Shown here piece by piece: positions 44,889-59,100 of a stretch of DNA of 64,000 nucleotides. Under the pieces are notes generated by a model that did no database searches, was not told the DNA's origin, and saw nothing but the letters and a program-made list of their open reading frames with translations. The stretch comes from Nemertoderma westbladi (lineage: Eukaryota > Animalia > Xenacoelomorpha): positions 1 to 64,000 of the forward strand of contig JAUCBJ010007275.1 in assembly GCA_032718475.1 (NCBI GenBank), given 5' to 3'. The position numbers were made by a program, and so were the translations under genes. The stretch's first letter is position 1; each line of letters starts with the position of its first letter.

Positions 44889-46723
44889 CCCAGTAAAAAA
44901 TCCACATGCGTAACGCATTCGTCCCACATGCAGCATTCGTAAAAGGTGCGTACAATGTTATTTAAGATTCGTGAAGCCTTCGTCGATGGTTCGTCAGTCC
45001 GAATAATTTAACGAATGCGTATATGATTCGTATCGCATGTGAGATTTCACTTGTAAATATATTCGTGGCTCATCATTCGTGGCACATGCGATACGAATGC
45101 TTCCACTCCACACAAAAAATAATTCGTGGTTCATTCGTTCGTGGCACATGCGATACGAATGCTTAGCCACGCCACGCTTAAAATTATTCGTGGTCCATTC
45201 GTGACGCATGCGATACGCATGCAAAGCACTCTCAATTGGAGTACCGTACAGACTGTAATACTGGCCAATCACCATTCGGCAAATAATCGAACATAGTGTT
45301 ATTAGTTAGTAGCTCTCCCCCTTTGTTACCAGTCAGCCAGTCCCATGTACTTTTACTATATATTATTTAATGGGTTGCCCAGTAATTCTTAACACCCGTT
45401 TATTATTTTGGTTCCCCATTATTTTGGTATGTAAACCTGTTCCCTTTACCAACATGCTTGATATACTGTAATAATGTAAAGGTAGGCTAGGTGAGATAAA
45501 TAATGACAACATAAAACTACTGTATTAACATAAGGAACTACAGTATGTAGGCATACTTATAGTATGTAGGCACACACCCCCCCCCCCCCCCCCCCCCCAC
45601 CCGTAGTTTTAGCCCCTGTACAGTAGTACTATTTCCCAAAGTTATTACAGTAGTTTTATGTTGTCATTATTTATCTCACCTGGCCTACAGTACAGTACCA
45701 AATACATATTATAAAGCATGTGGCATTTTTATTAAATTGTACGTGTGTATGGTGATATTCTCACACAGTTTCTTAGGCCTCCAGGTCGAATTTGTTTAAT
45801 TCGCTATAAAACGCCATTAAAAAGTCTACTGATATACTGTAGCAGTTAATTACCGGTAACTGCTACAGTAGGATCTACACTTATTAATGGTAAAAAAACC
45901 TTACAGACAAAATAGATCAAAGGCATACATTTTATGAGATGCATCAACATAATTTCAATGTTTTTTTACTATATTCTAGAATATTAATTCGCTTTTTTTC
46001 GATAATAAGTAATAAAATATATATATAATAATAATAAAAATATATATATAATAATAATAAAAATATATATAATAATAAAATAATATAATATAATATAATA
46101 ATAAAATAATATAATATAATATAATAATAAAATAATATAATAATAAAATATCATAAAAAATAATAAACCATCAATAATAATTAATAAGATTAATTATAAG
46201 CTTGAAATTAATATTTTAGATAATAAAATCATCAGAACTATAACGATTTACGTCTGAAATTGCGTGCTCTTGAATTATATCTGAACATTTTTTTTGGGAA
46301 ATTGAAAATGGCTTTCATATTCGATTCGGAATATATCAAGTATATTCAAAAAAATAATATAAAATGGACACGTTTTAACAGTTGTAAACTGTTAAAACTA
46401 TGTAAACTGTAGCGAAATAATAAAAAAAAATAAAAATCCTGCGGTAAACATTCGTAAAGCGTGGGAAACATTCGTATATAACATGCGGGACGCATTCGTA
46501 TAGTGTGCGGGAAACATTCGTATAAGATTAGGGACGCATTCGTAGAATGTGCGGGATTCGAATAAGGTTCGTATTACATTCGATATGCGAATAAAGGATG
46601 CGTATTTGGTTCGGTTTTCGCATTCGTATCGCATGGTTCATCTATGTAACATTTCAGAATGCGTTACGAATGCGTGAAATATGCGCCATTCCCATGCGTT
46701 ACGAATGCTGATTTTTTACTGGG
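44889..46723. mobile_element. Non-autonomous EnSpm/CMC-like element (1835 bp)
   Basis: TIR CCCAGTAAAAAATC/GATTTTTTACTGGG, 2-bp TSD CA, subterminal CATTCG/CGAATG repeats; internal A/T microsatellite at 46010-46190. Confidence 0.85.
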
Positions 46724-47254
46724 CAGTATAATAATTGTAGGTCTAACGTCTGAACGTACCGTACAGCACTTTAACTTGGATTTATTGCAGTATTGCATTA
46801 GGCCTTATTGCTTATGGCCTCTTACTTATTCTGATATGGCAGTGATTTTTTTTGTCCTTTTATTTGACTTTTTTTGTGCATAATGAATGTGCATAACGAA
46901 TTGTGCATAATGACTTTTGTTGTCCCTTTAATGACTTTTGTTGTCCTTTTAATGACTTTTTATGTATGTATTTCTTAAAACTGTCAGACTGCTGATTTCT
47001 GGACTGTCAGACAGTTGATTTCAACATGCGTATGCCACAACATTCAAAATTTGCTGATTTCTGGTCTGTCGGACAGTTGGTTTCACTATGCCTGTGCCAA
47101 AACAATCCATGATTCCATGATTCATAGTCTATGAGATAGATTTCCATATGCGCCTGTGGTAAAAGACTCTAAAATTTAATAGTTTGTGGTTGTTGTCGAT
47201 AATCGATTACCACATGATGTAGCAAAACACTCATTTTATAGCCAAAAACAATTA

Positions 47255-47781
47255 CCAATTGATGGAAAGGAGCAGGTTAAGGCCGGATTTTTTTAACCAA
47301 AACAATAAACAGTCACTTTACCAAATGAAGGAAAGGAGCAGGTTACAGAGGCGGGCCTTTCTAACCAAAACAATAAACGATCATTTAACTAATTGAGGGA
47401 AACGAGCAGGTTACAGAGGCGGGATTTTCTAACCAAAACAATAAACAGTCACTTTACCAAATCAGGGAAAGGAGCAGGTTACAGAGACGGGATTTTCTAT
47501 CCAAAACAATAAACGATAACATTACCAATTGAGAGAAAGGAGCAGGTTACAGAGGCGGGATTTCCTAACCAAAACAATAAACGATCACTTAACTAATTGA
47601 GGGAAAGGGGTAGGTTACAGAGGCGGGATTTTCTAACCAAAACAATAAACAGTCACTTTACAAAATGAAAGAAATGAGCAGGTTACAGAGGCGGGCCTTT
47701 CTAACCAAAACAATAAACGGTCACTTTACCATATCAGGGAAAGGAGCAGGTTAGAGAGGCGGGATTTTCTAACCAAAACAA
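47255..47781. repeat. 68-bp minisatellite, about 8 copies
   Basis: AAAACAATAAAC recurs at about 47300, 47367, 47435, 47503, 47571, 47639 and 47707. Confidence 0.92.
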
Positions 47782-47895
47782 CCGGTCAGCCGGTAGGCCT
47801 ACCAGTACCGCATTTAAATGGTTGGCTACACAGTAGGCCTACAGCAGTACCGGTGCCGGTACCGGTACTAAAATACCTAAAATACCTGCTTTATA

Positions 47896-48645
47896 CAGTA
47901 CAGGCCACCAGAAAACGCAGATTTGTACAATTGTGAACACATTTTATCAAATGTGTACCAGTGTAATGTAATGTTGTTGAACGGGACAATTGAACATAAT
48001 TGAACATAACTGAATTGGCAACAACCAAAATTTTTTCGCCAAAGGATACAATTGAATACTTTTGAAACGCTTAGTAATCTGGAAACTCTCTGTAGTTTGC
48101 CGCTAGCTGTTACTCACTGCAGCTGGAAATGCGATAAGGATATTGTTTACCTTTATAGTGTGCGGTTAATAGTGTCTAGTAGGCAGGCCTATAGTTAGTG
48201 ATGTTAAGGCATCTTCTGGTGTTTCTCTGTGCCCTCTCGGTGTCAGACTAATGGCGCGACATCTCCCTGCACTAAATTAATTATTCAATGGTCTAGGCTC
48301 CTCTATCCATATACCCATCCACTCCATGAACATTAACATTGTGCGGTTAGTAGTGTCTATATACACTCCATGAACCTCCATGTGGTCTTGTATGTAGTTC
48401 TCTCTCTACCAATACAGCCCATGTCCGCAATGTTACGCCCTGGGGGCTCTCTCATCTACCTGATATCAGACATACAGTACATTCGCACCACACACAAAGC
48501 CTTTGTCGGTCCCAGCAAGTCAGCCTCCTGATGTGTGATCTAGAAGATAACTCGCCATAACCTGCCAATCAGATGACTTGAACAACAAATGTGTTCACAT
48601 GTGATCACATTGGATGAAATCTGCTTTTTCTGGTGGCTTGTACTG
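47896..48645. mobile_element. Tc1/mariner(pogo)-type MITE, copy 2 (inverted relative to 15659-16396)
   Basis: Same TIR CAGTACAGGCCACCAGA, TA flanks and shared internal sequence. Confidence 0.85.
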
Positions 48646-48690
48646 TACCTACATCTGTACATGCAATACTGCAAAATAGTGCTCTATATA

Positions 48691-48888
48691 CTAATACCGG
48701 TACTGATAGCCAGAGCGAACAGCAGTAGAGAAACCGGTAGCATGGAACCTAACGGTAAATATCTGGAGGACATAAAAAGTAAAAAAAAAACTAATACCGG
48801 TACTGATAGCCTGAGAGAACAGCAGTAGAGAAACCGGTAGCATGGAACCTAACGGTAGATTTCTGGAGGACATAAAAAGTAAAAAAAA
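48691..48888. repeat. 100-bp tandem duplication
   Basis: CTAATACCGGTACTGATAGCC starts at both 48691 and 48791. Confidence 0.9.
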
Positions 48889-50519
48889 GGACAAAAAAGG
48901 ATTTAAACGGACAATAAAAATTATTGCGTTCTGTTATTAGGTTTCACTATTACGGCAGTACTGAAGTTTACAGATAAGGGGGGAACCTGGACGCAATAAA
49001 AATTAATCCCTCCTCCAGGGGGAAATTCGACGCAAATAACAGCTAATTATCCTCAAAAATAAAACTGTAACCTGTTCTATTATGCTTAGTTTATTGTTTT
49101 GGTTAAAATAACGTGCCACTGTAACCTGCTCCTTTCCCTAAATTGAGAATTTAACATTGATGCGGGATATTAATTCGCCAAGGCAGGTTTTGCGTCCAGT
49201 TTTCCCCCTGTCTCGAAGTTTTTATCTAAATTCCAGGAAGTGCTATGCATATTGCTGCAGTAGTATTTTTTTTGAGGGATTATGTAAAAGCTTTTGCGGA
49301 TATAATCAGTCCCCTTGCCCGCAAAGTACCGTGTGGGTGTTTTAACGGACATAAAAGTTGTTCTTCTATATGTGTGCTTTGGAGGACATGGCAAGACACA
49401 AAACCCGCAATGCGTCAAATCCTCTAGCACAGTGTAGCCTTGATGATTCAGATTACGACATCTAACAGCTGGTTGCTGTCATGGAAACGGCCGTTGGACA
49501 CATGGTTCTTTGTTCAGCTTAACAGCCAATCAGAGCGATTTTTACTTTAGACGTGGAGATATTCTACAGATCGTACTAGGTGTGTTCAGTCTTACAGTGT
49601 TAGAGTTTTGTTGTTTCTATCTAGGCCAAGAACACCGGCTCTGGAGTAAAATTGTTTTCAGACTTTAGAAGAAACATTAGTAGGCTTAGATTATAGAGCG
49701 TATAACTGTTATCAGCGGTACAGTCTTACAGTACCAATCATATCATATCTTAACCTACCGTCTTAATGCTTTTACTGTTGTCATTATTTGTATCAGTTGG
49801 TTGAATATTATTACTTGGAAAACATCGATAAATAACCCAAATTTCCCAATTTTCTTGATACACTACAGGTTAGAGAGACAGGTTACATATAGCGATTGCG
49901 ACTTATATTATCGTGGTTTGTAGTGAATTTAATGCTATTTGATAAGCACTACATGAGTCAATTGCTGTTCTCTTTATGTATGATAAAATTCATTGACGGT
50001 CGGCAGATTAGTGTGCAGTATTGTGCGGTACCGGTAGTGTGCATGATTGTGGCTGATAACTAAGCATTTCCTAAAGAATGCGCCTCATACGTGAATCATA
50101 AGCCTTCCCGTCTCACCGTTGTGTTTAGTATAAGTCATATCTCTGTTTACCTAGATAGAGCGCCACGTCCTAAAGGAACTGTTAATATTTCCCGAAAGTG
50201 AATAATATTCGTCAGAAATTATTTATTAACGATCAATCGAATAATACAGTAAGCTTACACTGCAATAAAATCTAAGCCCTCCGAATCCAGTCTCCCGGGT
50301 AAATCCAGCGGGTGAATGGACGCGCACTAGGCTGGCTTCGGCTAATGTTGTGTTTATTGGTATTAAATACTTGTCATATGTTAAAGTCTATTTATAAACC
50401 AAAAGATATATAAATTTTGGCAGGTTAAACTGCTAAAGGTCTTCAAAAGCGCGTACAATAACAGTTATCTTCTTTATTGCAGTAAGCAATAAAGTTGAAA
50501 GTACCGGTCGACCGGTAAA

Positions 50520-51400
50520 CCTGAACCGGTACTGCTGTAGGTCCGTAGGCCCAACTGCCAGAAACGGTACTGCTGTAGGTCCGTAGGCCCAACTGCTTGA
50601 ACCGGTACTGCTGTAGGTCCGTAGGCCCAACTGCCAGAATCGGTACTGCTGTAGGTCTGCAGGCCCAACTGTCCTAACCGGTACTTCCAGTATAAGTACA
50701 TTAGTATTATTCGATTTTGATTATTGTATACCGGTAGGTCTTAGTACTTAATCAGGGAACAGCCGCCCTGGTTTTTTATTGACATTTTACTTATTTCTGT
50801 CGGTTTTATTTACATGTAAGTTAATATTGAGCAGAAGACGTGTAAGTCTGCTCAGATTGTTCAGATAATTGTAGGCTGGACTGTTGTCGGACTGTTGTTG
50901 GGTCTGGAGAGATTGCGGCGTATGTAGAGTCTGTCCGATAAAGTGCCAGTTAGTAAGTTGGGGCATCTTGAGTTGTAAGGTCAACCCCCTCCTAAAGAAT
51001 AAGTCGTACTACCGTGTTAGAACGCATACTAACTAACCATTTTGGAATCTGCATATACTGTAGTTTATTTAGGCTTGATAGTAGTCTACCAGCATTTTAG
51101 CCTGTGTTTGTTTGTGTGGTCTGTTCAGGTACCGTAATAGTTATTACTCAGATATTTTGTAGGCTGGATTGTTGTCTGGCTGTTGTTGGGTCTGGAGAGA
51201 TTGCGGCGTGTGTAGAGTCTGTCCGATAAAGTGCCAGTTAGTAAGTTGGGGCATCTTGAGTTGTAAGGTCAACCCCCTCCTAAAGAATAAGTCGTACTAC
51301 CGTGTTAGAACGCATACTAACTAACCATTTTGGAATCTGCACATACTGTAGTTTATTTAGGCTTGATGGTAGTCTGCCAGCGTTTGGTTTGTATTTTGTT
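50520..51400 (+). repeat. Leader repeats: ~39-bp unit x4 (50520-50690) and ~290-bp direct duplication (50865-51110 / 51155-51400)
   Basis: CGGTACTGCTGTAGGTCCGTAGGCCCAACTG repeated; TGTAGGCTGGA...GGCTTGAT duplicated. Confidence 0.85.
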
Positions 51401-52748
51401 TGAGTATTCTGTACGGGTAGCGTAATATTTATTGTTCAGAGTTTATGCGATTATTCGAAACATTCATGTCCCCAAGTTTATTCCTACAGTAATTGTGCTT
51501 GTTACACATACCGTTGTAGTTAAATTAACCCCGGTACTACACGGGCTGCTTGGCGTAGGTAAAGACTGGTGACTTTGTGCTCCGGTCACTCCAGCAGATG
51601 CTGTGGTTCTTTTAACTGTTCAAGTATATTTAACTGCTAGTTATCTGTTTTTAATAAGTACTTGTACCTAATTTAGGGTTTGGTGTACAGTGCTTTCCGA
51701 GAGTAATTAGTGTGTAGGCAGTGTATTGTGTTGTAAAGTGGTTAATAGGCACGTTGGATCTGGTAGTCCGCGGTAATTAACTTCCAGGTAGGAACACTCC
51801 GTGATACATAACGTAGTACCTATAGCGATACGGCTATAGGTCGTCAGACGGTGGTATTTTTCCTATCTGGACAGCGCAACATATTTACTACTACTTATTA
51901 TTTTCAAATACCATAGTACCCTGTCCGTTGTAATAACCAGAATTCTAACCCTTTGTTAGGCTGGTTTGTAGACTTCCTGTAAAATTACCCTAAAATTTCG
52001 TACGTAATATTTTTGTTGTGTTTAGTTAGAGAATTAATCTCACCCGTATCGTAAGTAATTCGTAGATAAGTAACTTAGGAAGTAGAATTATCTGTTTTAG
52101 TGTCCAATAAGTAGCACTTCACTGAGAGCGCACAGCTTCTGTGTAGTGATTATTTCCCAGAAATAGTAACATCTATTTCAATATTGTAACAAAACCCCTC
52201 ATACGGGTATATATATATATATATATTATATATTATATAATCAACTCAAACGATTTATAAATAGTAGGCCTGCCATACAACAACTAGGTCTCAATATCAG
52301 TTGGACTACTGCTTAAGTAACGGTAATAAAGTAAGTTAAAGTAACCAAGTAACCCTAAAATTTCAGAAATTCAATTATTCTAAAATAATTGACATACCGG
52401 TATTTACCATAGGCTTATTATATTTATTTCTATAAATTTGGGCTGAAATCATACCGGTATTCTGTAATTAATTCTAGTTCATAATTATACTTATATATAC
52501 TATAAGTGTAAACTGCATACCGGTATTCACGATAGGCCTATTATATATTTATATATATATTTGTGCTAAAATTATATACCGGTATTCTGCGACAAACCTA
52601 GTCTACAATACTTATATATACTATAAGTGTATACCGGTATTCTAATATACTGTAATAAATTACCGGTACTAGGCCAACGGTCATACTGAATTACTAGACT
52701 TGCTTTAACTGTAACTATAGCAGTAAGCATTCAACTGTATAGCTAAGC

Positions 52749-55700
52749 ATGTCTGACACTAAGCAAAACCTGTCAGACAGTCTAATCGATACAACCATCT
52801 GTGACACAGATAGGAGTGTGGAGCGATTAAGAAAAGGGTTCAGCTCACCTCCTACTGAAAGAAAGGTCATCCCTCCAGTAGTAGTATCAGACCCTAGGCT
52901 AATCCAACACCGTAGGTCTATCATCGGCACTCGGGCCCAGGTCAAATGGAACCAAGAAGCAGCTGTCCAACAGCAGCAACATCCTAGTCAAGAAACTCGT
53001 TCCCAGCGACCCGATAGCTCCAGTAGTTCGGATACTGTAGAGCTGACCCCCGAACGCGGAGTGAAGATGGCGGATACAGCCTATTCGGATCCCCTTCTCA
53101 CTCTTCCTGCCGCAGTACTAACTACGATATTGATTGCGGTGGAGGAACACCAAGTCGATTGGGCGAGAAGTAAGCGAGCGACCCAAGATAGTTATGCGGG
53201 ATACGCCAGGGAAGAATTGATGTCTATTGTCGAGTCACAATGGAACTTTCCCGGACCCGGATTCCCGTTAGACTTATCCGAAGCTACCTGGGATGACATA
53301 CACATGATGGGAGTGACTAGAGATACGATGGATCCAGCTGTTTGGAAGAGGTCGGCAGCAGGATATGTGCAGGGATTCTTCGGCTCCTTAGAGCGATTAG
53401 AAGAACAACTGTTTCGACAACCCCAAGGACCTCAAGAGCAGGAAGAGCTGCTTTATCAAGTACGCGAAAGAACCCTACGCATTAGACTAATCCTATCAGC
53501 CTTTGAGGAAACTTCCAAAAGAAGACAGGACACGTCGCTGCAAGTTGCTGTCAAGACTTGGTTCCAGCGGATAGGTCTCAAATTTCAAGAAACGGCCCAG
53601 TGGAAATCCCAGCTGGCTGAGCGACCAACCTATGAAGAATCAACCGATGCCACCTTTTCTCAAGTGGAAAGCGAAGTGACAGCAGAGAGACCGTGAACGA
53701 GAGACGCCATCGACATCTATCTGTCAGACTATCAACGTTTTTTAGGTGATGAAGAGTTGAGGAGACGACTGGCTGGACTTCGCCCCAATAGTGAAGGAGC
53801 CAAGCTTGTGTTGGACTCAATCGATGCGGAAATGTTAGCTGCAAACCAAGCTAAATTTGATGAAAAACTCCGCCTCGCTAGAGTCCAAGAAGAACAAGTA
53901 AAGAAAAAACGTATAGAGGACAGAAAGGCAGTAGCAGCTGCAAAGGCGGCAGCGGCAGTGGAAGAGGCAAAAGCGGCAGCGGCAGTGGAAGCGGCAAAAG
54001 CGACAGCGGCAGCGGCAGTGGAAGCAGCAAAAGCAGCAGCAGCAATGGCATTGGCAGAAGCAGAACAGAGAGCGTCTGAAGAGACCACCCAACTGGAGTT
54101 GGAAAATCTTCAAGAGACGCAAGACTGCATAAATAAACAGTTAACTGCTAGTCAAATGCAGATGATGAGTCGATCTACTCCCAAGCGCCAAGGATACACA
54201 TCATCGGAGGAAGGCGAGACCACCGATCCTGAAGGCGGAGGAAATAGATCTCGTCTAAGCAGGCGTAGAAAAACATCTCACCGTCACAAATTGCCTGATT
54301 TGCCCCCAGCTGTTAGAAGACAACTAGCTAGCACAGACTTAGGTAGTACAGAACCCACAGACCAAATTATTAAGGTCAAAAGACTCCCTACAATAGTAGA
54401 TGAGCCTGAAATAGTTAAGCCTGTTATCGAAAACACCCCTTCGGTGAGAGAGGCCCCTGTACTTCCCGAACCTACAACCAAATTCCCTTTACACAGTACG
54501 AAACTGTTTGCACCCGGTGGAGCAGTCCCAGAGAATGTCCCGGTTCTTGACGCCGAGAGAGAAATCCAAGATTTGTCTCCCGTTGTCCCACGTCGGCTCG
54601 CTACTATGTTGGCGACTCCCGCTTCGGCGGTCGAGTGGGTTGATGAGGGACGGCGGGAGATGGGTCTCTTGCTCGGGCAGCTGAGAGAGCACCGAGAATG
54701 CTCCTCACAGCAGATCCGAGATTTAGAAGGGACTGTCCACCAACTCAAGGGAACAGTAAGGGAAAGTAGGGTAGAATTGCAAGAAGTGCAGCAAAGTATC
54801 GCGCTGGAACGCGACAAATTAGTCAATATACAAAAGGGTATACCAATACCCCCTGTAACATTGTGTCAACCTGTTAGGTCTGAAGTATTACATGCGCAAG
54901 GTGTGGAGCCTACACGCATCTATACTGCTAGTGAAGTAGAAACTCCTATAGCAAACCCTATTAAGGGTGATTATAAACCTGTTGTTAATGATATTCCCTA
55001 TAGACCTGATAATAATCCGAGAAATTTATATACCGATAATTCGATATTAAATAATACGATGGCCCAAGAAAGCTTTACGCGTCAGATGGCTAGAACAGAA
55101 GCCCGCCAAGCGGTCAAAGTGGGAGAAATCGTCAAATTCAATGGAGATGAGATGAAATGGTTACCTTTCAATGAATATTACAAAGATGGCATACAGAACT
55201 CTGTACTATCTAACGGAGAGAAACTTAGATTCCTCATCAAGTGCTTGGAAGGACCTCCCAAGTTAATGGCGTTAAAGTTTATTGGACATCCAGATGGTTT
55301 AAGACAAGTTTGGGAGACATTAAACATCAGGTATGGTAACAAGGATAACATAGCGAAGTATTTGTATGCAAAATTAGTAGCCCCCCGAAACTTCCTTAGT
55401 AGCGGGATTATAGAGTTTTCCGATGAGATTCAGGAGATCTGTAGACAATTGGACTGGTTAGGTAAGTCTCATGAATATCAGAGTTCCATGGTTATTGGAG
55501 CCGTAGTCTCTACTTTACCAAAGGGTGGAGTATGTACACGCTGGGATAAGAAAGTGTTGTATATGAATGAGCAGCAACGACGAGGCCCTACCATGGCTGA
55601 TCTCATGTCCTTCTTAGATGGTGAAGTAAAACTACAACTCATAAAGCAGTCCAGAGAGAAAACATCGGAAAATAAGGTAAGTGAGAAACCCGTTTCTAGG

Positions 55701-56100
55701 AGAAGAGTAACACCAGTGTGTTACACTGACGACGGCGAAAGCCAAGCTTCTCAAGAAGAGGACAGCGGAAAAGACACTGACAGATTTTACTACGTTAACA
55801 AAACCTCAAAAGACGTAAGTAAATACAAGGCTCAAACCAACGATAGGAGAGAACAGGTTGCCAAGACTCCTCCTCAGTCTCCTAACAGAATGCACGGAAG
55901 AAAGCCCGAAGAAAGAACGAGAGTGCATCACGTTACCCAAGGTAAAGTGAGTAACATCAAACCAAACTGTGCGCTGTGCGACGGGCCCCACCGTTTGAGT
56001 GCGTGTGCTGAATTCCTAAAGAAATCCCTGGTAGACAGACGTGAAGTCATGTGGGATAAGCGGTTATGCTATAATTGCCTCAGACCAGGACACCAACGGC
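52749..56100 (+). CDS. gag: BEL gag (one in-frame TGA at 53694-53696; frameshift at about 56097)
   Basis: ORFs 52749-53696 and 53757-56168 are in the same frame with no other stop between them. DUF1759-like core (KFNGDEMKW..F...EKLRFLIKCLEG...L..RYG) and zinc knuckles CALCDGPH..., CYNCLRPGH. Confidence 0.85.
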
Positions 56101-59100
56101 GAAACCTGTTACTCCGACGTAAAGTGTGCAAAGTGCGGTGCGAAACATCACATCTTGTTACACAGTGAATTCGAACGAAACAACCCGAGTCAGGTAAGTG
56201 AGCCCGAACAACATGTCCAATTCAGTGATGTAAATGACACTGATCAAGAGTCTGAGATGGAAGGATTCTATACTTACGAATTCTCTGACGCCAACGAATC
56301 CTGTTACCTAATAAATACCGCAGTATATCGAGCACTTACTTACGAAAAGGACACCGACAATGAGTTCCCCCCAACTACCTTTGACAGACAACCATCTTGG
56401 AAAGATCCAACTTCCAACGTAGGAATCAGAGAATTTCCTGTAGTGCAGGTAAGAGTTCACGGTCCTAACAAAAGTTACATAGTGAACGCCCTCCTTGACT
56501 CCGGCAGCACAGGAACATTCATCGATCAAGAACTAGCCGAAGATATCTTTGCTGGACAACCCAAATTCCAAACTAAGTTGAATATGTCCGGAATTATGCA
56601 GGTTTGGAAATCTACCCTAACGGCAGATTACTATGTAGGTGCGTTGTCCACCCCCCAGGATAAATTAGGAGCACAAAGTATAAGGTCAGTAAAAATGGTG
56701 GCTATAAAGAACTTCGCTACTACCCAAGTAGAACCTTATAACTGGGACGAGGACGAGAGCATCCAACAGCTCAAGATACCGCGATTCCAGACAGATTATC
56801 CTGGAGTGCAAATACTCATCGGCCAAAACGCGCATGAGGCGCTCGAGACATTGGAGAAACGGCCTGCTCAACCGCAACCACTACAAACCTATGCGGTAAG
56901 AACTAGAGTAGGTTGGTACTTTACTGGCCCTTCCCGCAGAACTCTCAAAGAGAGATTACCACAAGAAAGAATATACCAAGTAAGTGATTGGGAAGTGGAG
57001 AGCAGTGAGGTGGACGAACTAACTAAGGGAATACCATATTCCTCAGATAATGACGACATCTACCAACTCTTCGATGAAGAGAACACAATCGACCTACTTA
57101 CAGAAAACAAAACTTGGAAAAACCAGGTGAACCTATGTCAACTGATTCGCCCATCGGGACCCATTGATTACAATGACGAACTAAATGATGAGATAGAGCG
57201 CTACAACGCTAGAACTCGGGACGAACTCGCCGTACGATTCTTTACTCAAGAATTGGTAGAGCCCAATTCATACGATAAGGCCCTATCGATAGAAGAAGAA
57301 AGAGCCAAGCAAATCCAGGAAACAACTACACGTTTTTTAAAAGATCAAGGTAGATATGAAATCGGCCTACCATTTCGAAAACGAGAACCTAGATTTATAA
57401 ATAACAGACCCTTGGCAGAGAAAAGAATCACTCAATTACATCGACGTCTTACGGCTAATCCTTCAGCTAAAGAAATGTACCAAACTCAGTTGAAGAAATT
57501 TATTACAAAGGGATACGCGGAGCGAGTACCGGAAGGAACACCAGTAACTGAGAGAACGTATTACTTAACACATCATTACGTTCCCAAACCCGGTAAACCC
57601 CATGAAGTACGAGTCGTATTCGATGGCTCCGCTCTATATATGGGCCAATCCCTCAATTCCGAGTTGTTACCAGGACCCAACTTACTCCAATCTTTGTTGG
57701 GAATACTTTTAAGATTAAGACAATATTCCATCGCGTTCGCCTCCGATATAGAAGGAATGTTCTTACAAGTCAAGGCGCTGGAGAGAGATAGAGACAGCCT
57801 AAGATTTCTGTGGTGGCCTGAAGGAGATCTCAACCAGAAACCGGTAGAGTACTGGATGACCATCCAGGCTTTTGGGATCATATCAAGCCCTTCCAACGCC
57901 TGCTCCGTGGTGCGGACCACTGCGAATGACAACCGAGACGCCTTCTCCAAAGAGGTGATAGACAACATCAAGCGCGATATATACATGGACGACAATTTAA
58001 AGTCCCTTCCATCAGTAGAAGAAGCCATTGATGTCGCGAAAGGAACGGTAGAGTGTTTGAAAAGAGGTGGATTTCGACTGACGAAAATCACCAGCAACTC
58101 CCGTGAGTTTCTGGAAGCGATACCGGTAGAAGACCGAGGAACGAAAGACCTAGACTTAATAAAGGACGATCTTCCAGAAACCAAGACGCTTGGCTTGAAG
58201 TGGGACACAGAAAGAGATATCCTGTTTTTTCAGCTAAAACAGCAAGATAATCCAGTTCGGACCAAACGGATTTGTTTAAGTATCCTGAGCACTTATTTCG
58301 ACCCATTGGGATTTATTAGCCCAGTTATATTGATTGCTCGGAGTTTAGTACAACAAATGTGGCTTGAAAACCACTCATGGGACGATCCACTTAAGGGAGA
58401 ACTGTTAACGAGGTGGATGAAATGGGAAGATTCTCTACCTGCCATCGAGAGCTTTGTAATTTCCCGTGCATATTTTGGTCATGTTCTCCCTACGTATTCC
58501 TATCAACTCCATGTGTTTGGAGACGCCAGCGACATGGGAATAGGTATAGTAGCATATCTGCGAGTCGAAACTCCGGATGGAATCAAAGTCGCCTTGGTTA
58601 CCTCTAAGGCATTGATTAACAACAAGTTAAAGGTTCCTCGAGCGGAGTTAAAAGCGGCTTTATACGCTACAGCCATCGGCCGGAACGTAACAGAACAAAT
58701 CGACTATCCACTGGAGAAAACTGTTTATTGGACCGACGCTTTACTCGTGTTGGAGTATATAACCAATGAAGTCTGTCAGTTCAGCGTTTTTGTTACTAAC
58801 AGGGTAGCTATTATTCTTAGTCGCACAAAGATAGATCAATGGAGACATTGCCCTGGTACGATTAATCCAGCCGATATCGCCTCCAGGGGAGCGACTCCAC
58901 AGGAACTGATAGATACTCCAGACTGGTTGGGTGGACCTGACTTCCTGAGTAAGGAAGAGGATGAATGGCCTCCTCACCTTACTACGGCAGAGATTAGACA
59001 AGCCAAGGGAGCGGAGAAAGTCAAACCTAAAACCCGGGCGAGTAAATCGAAGTTATTTAAACCGACGATCGATCTATCTGTATTACATACTTCCGGAAAC

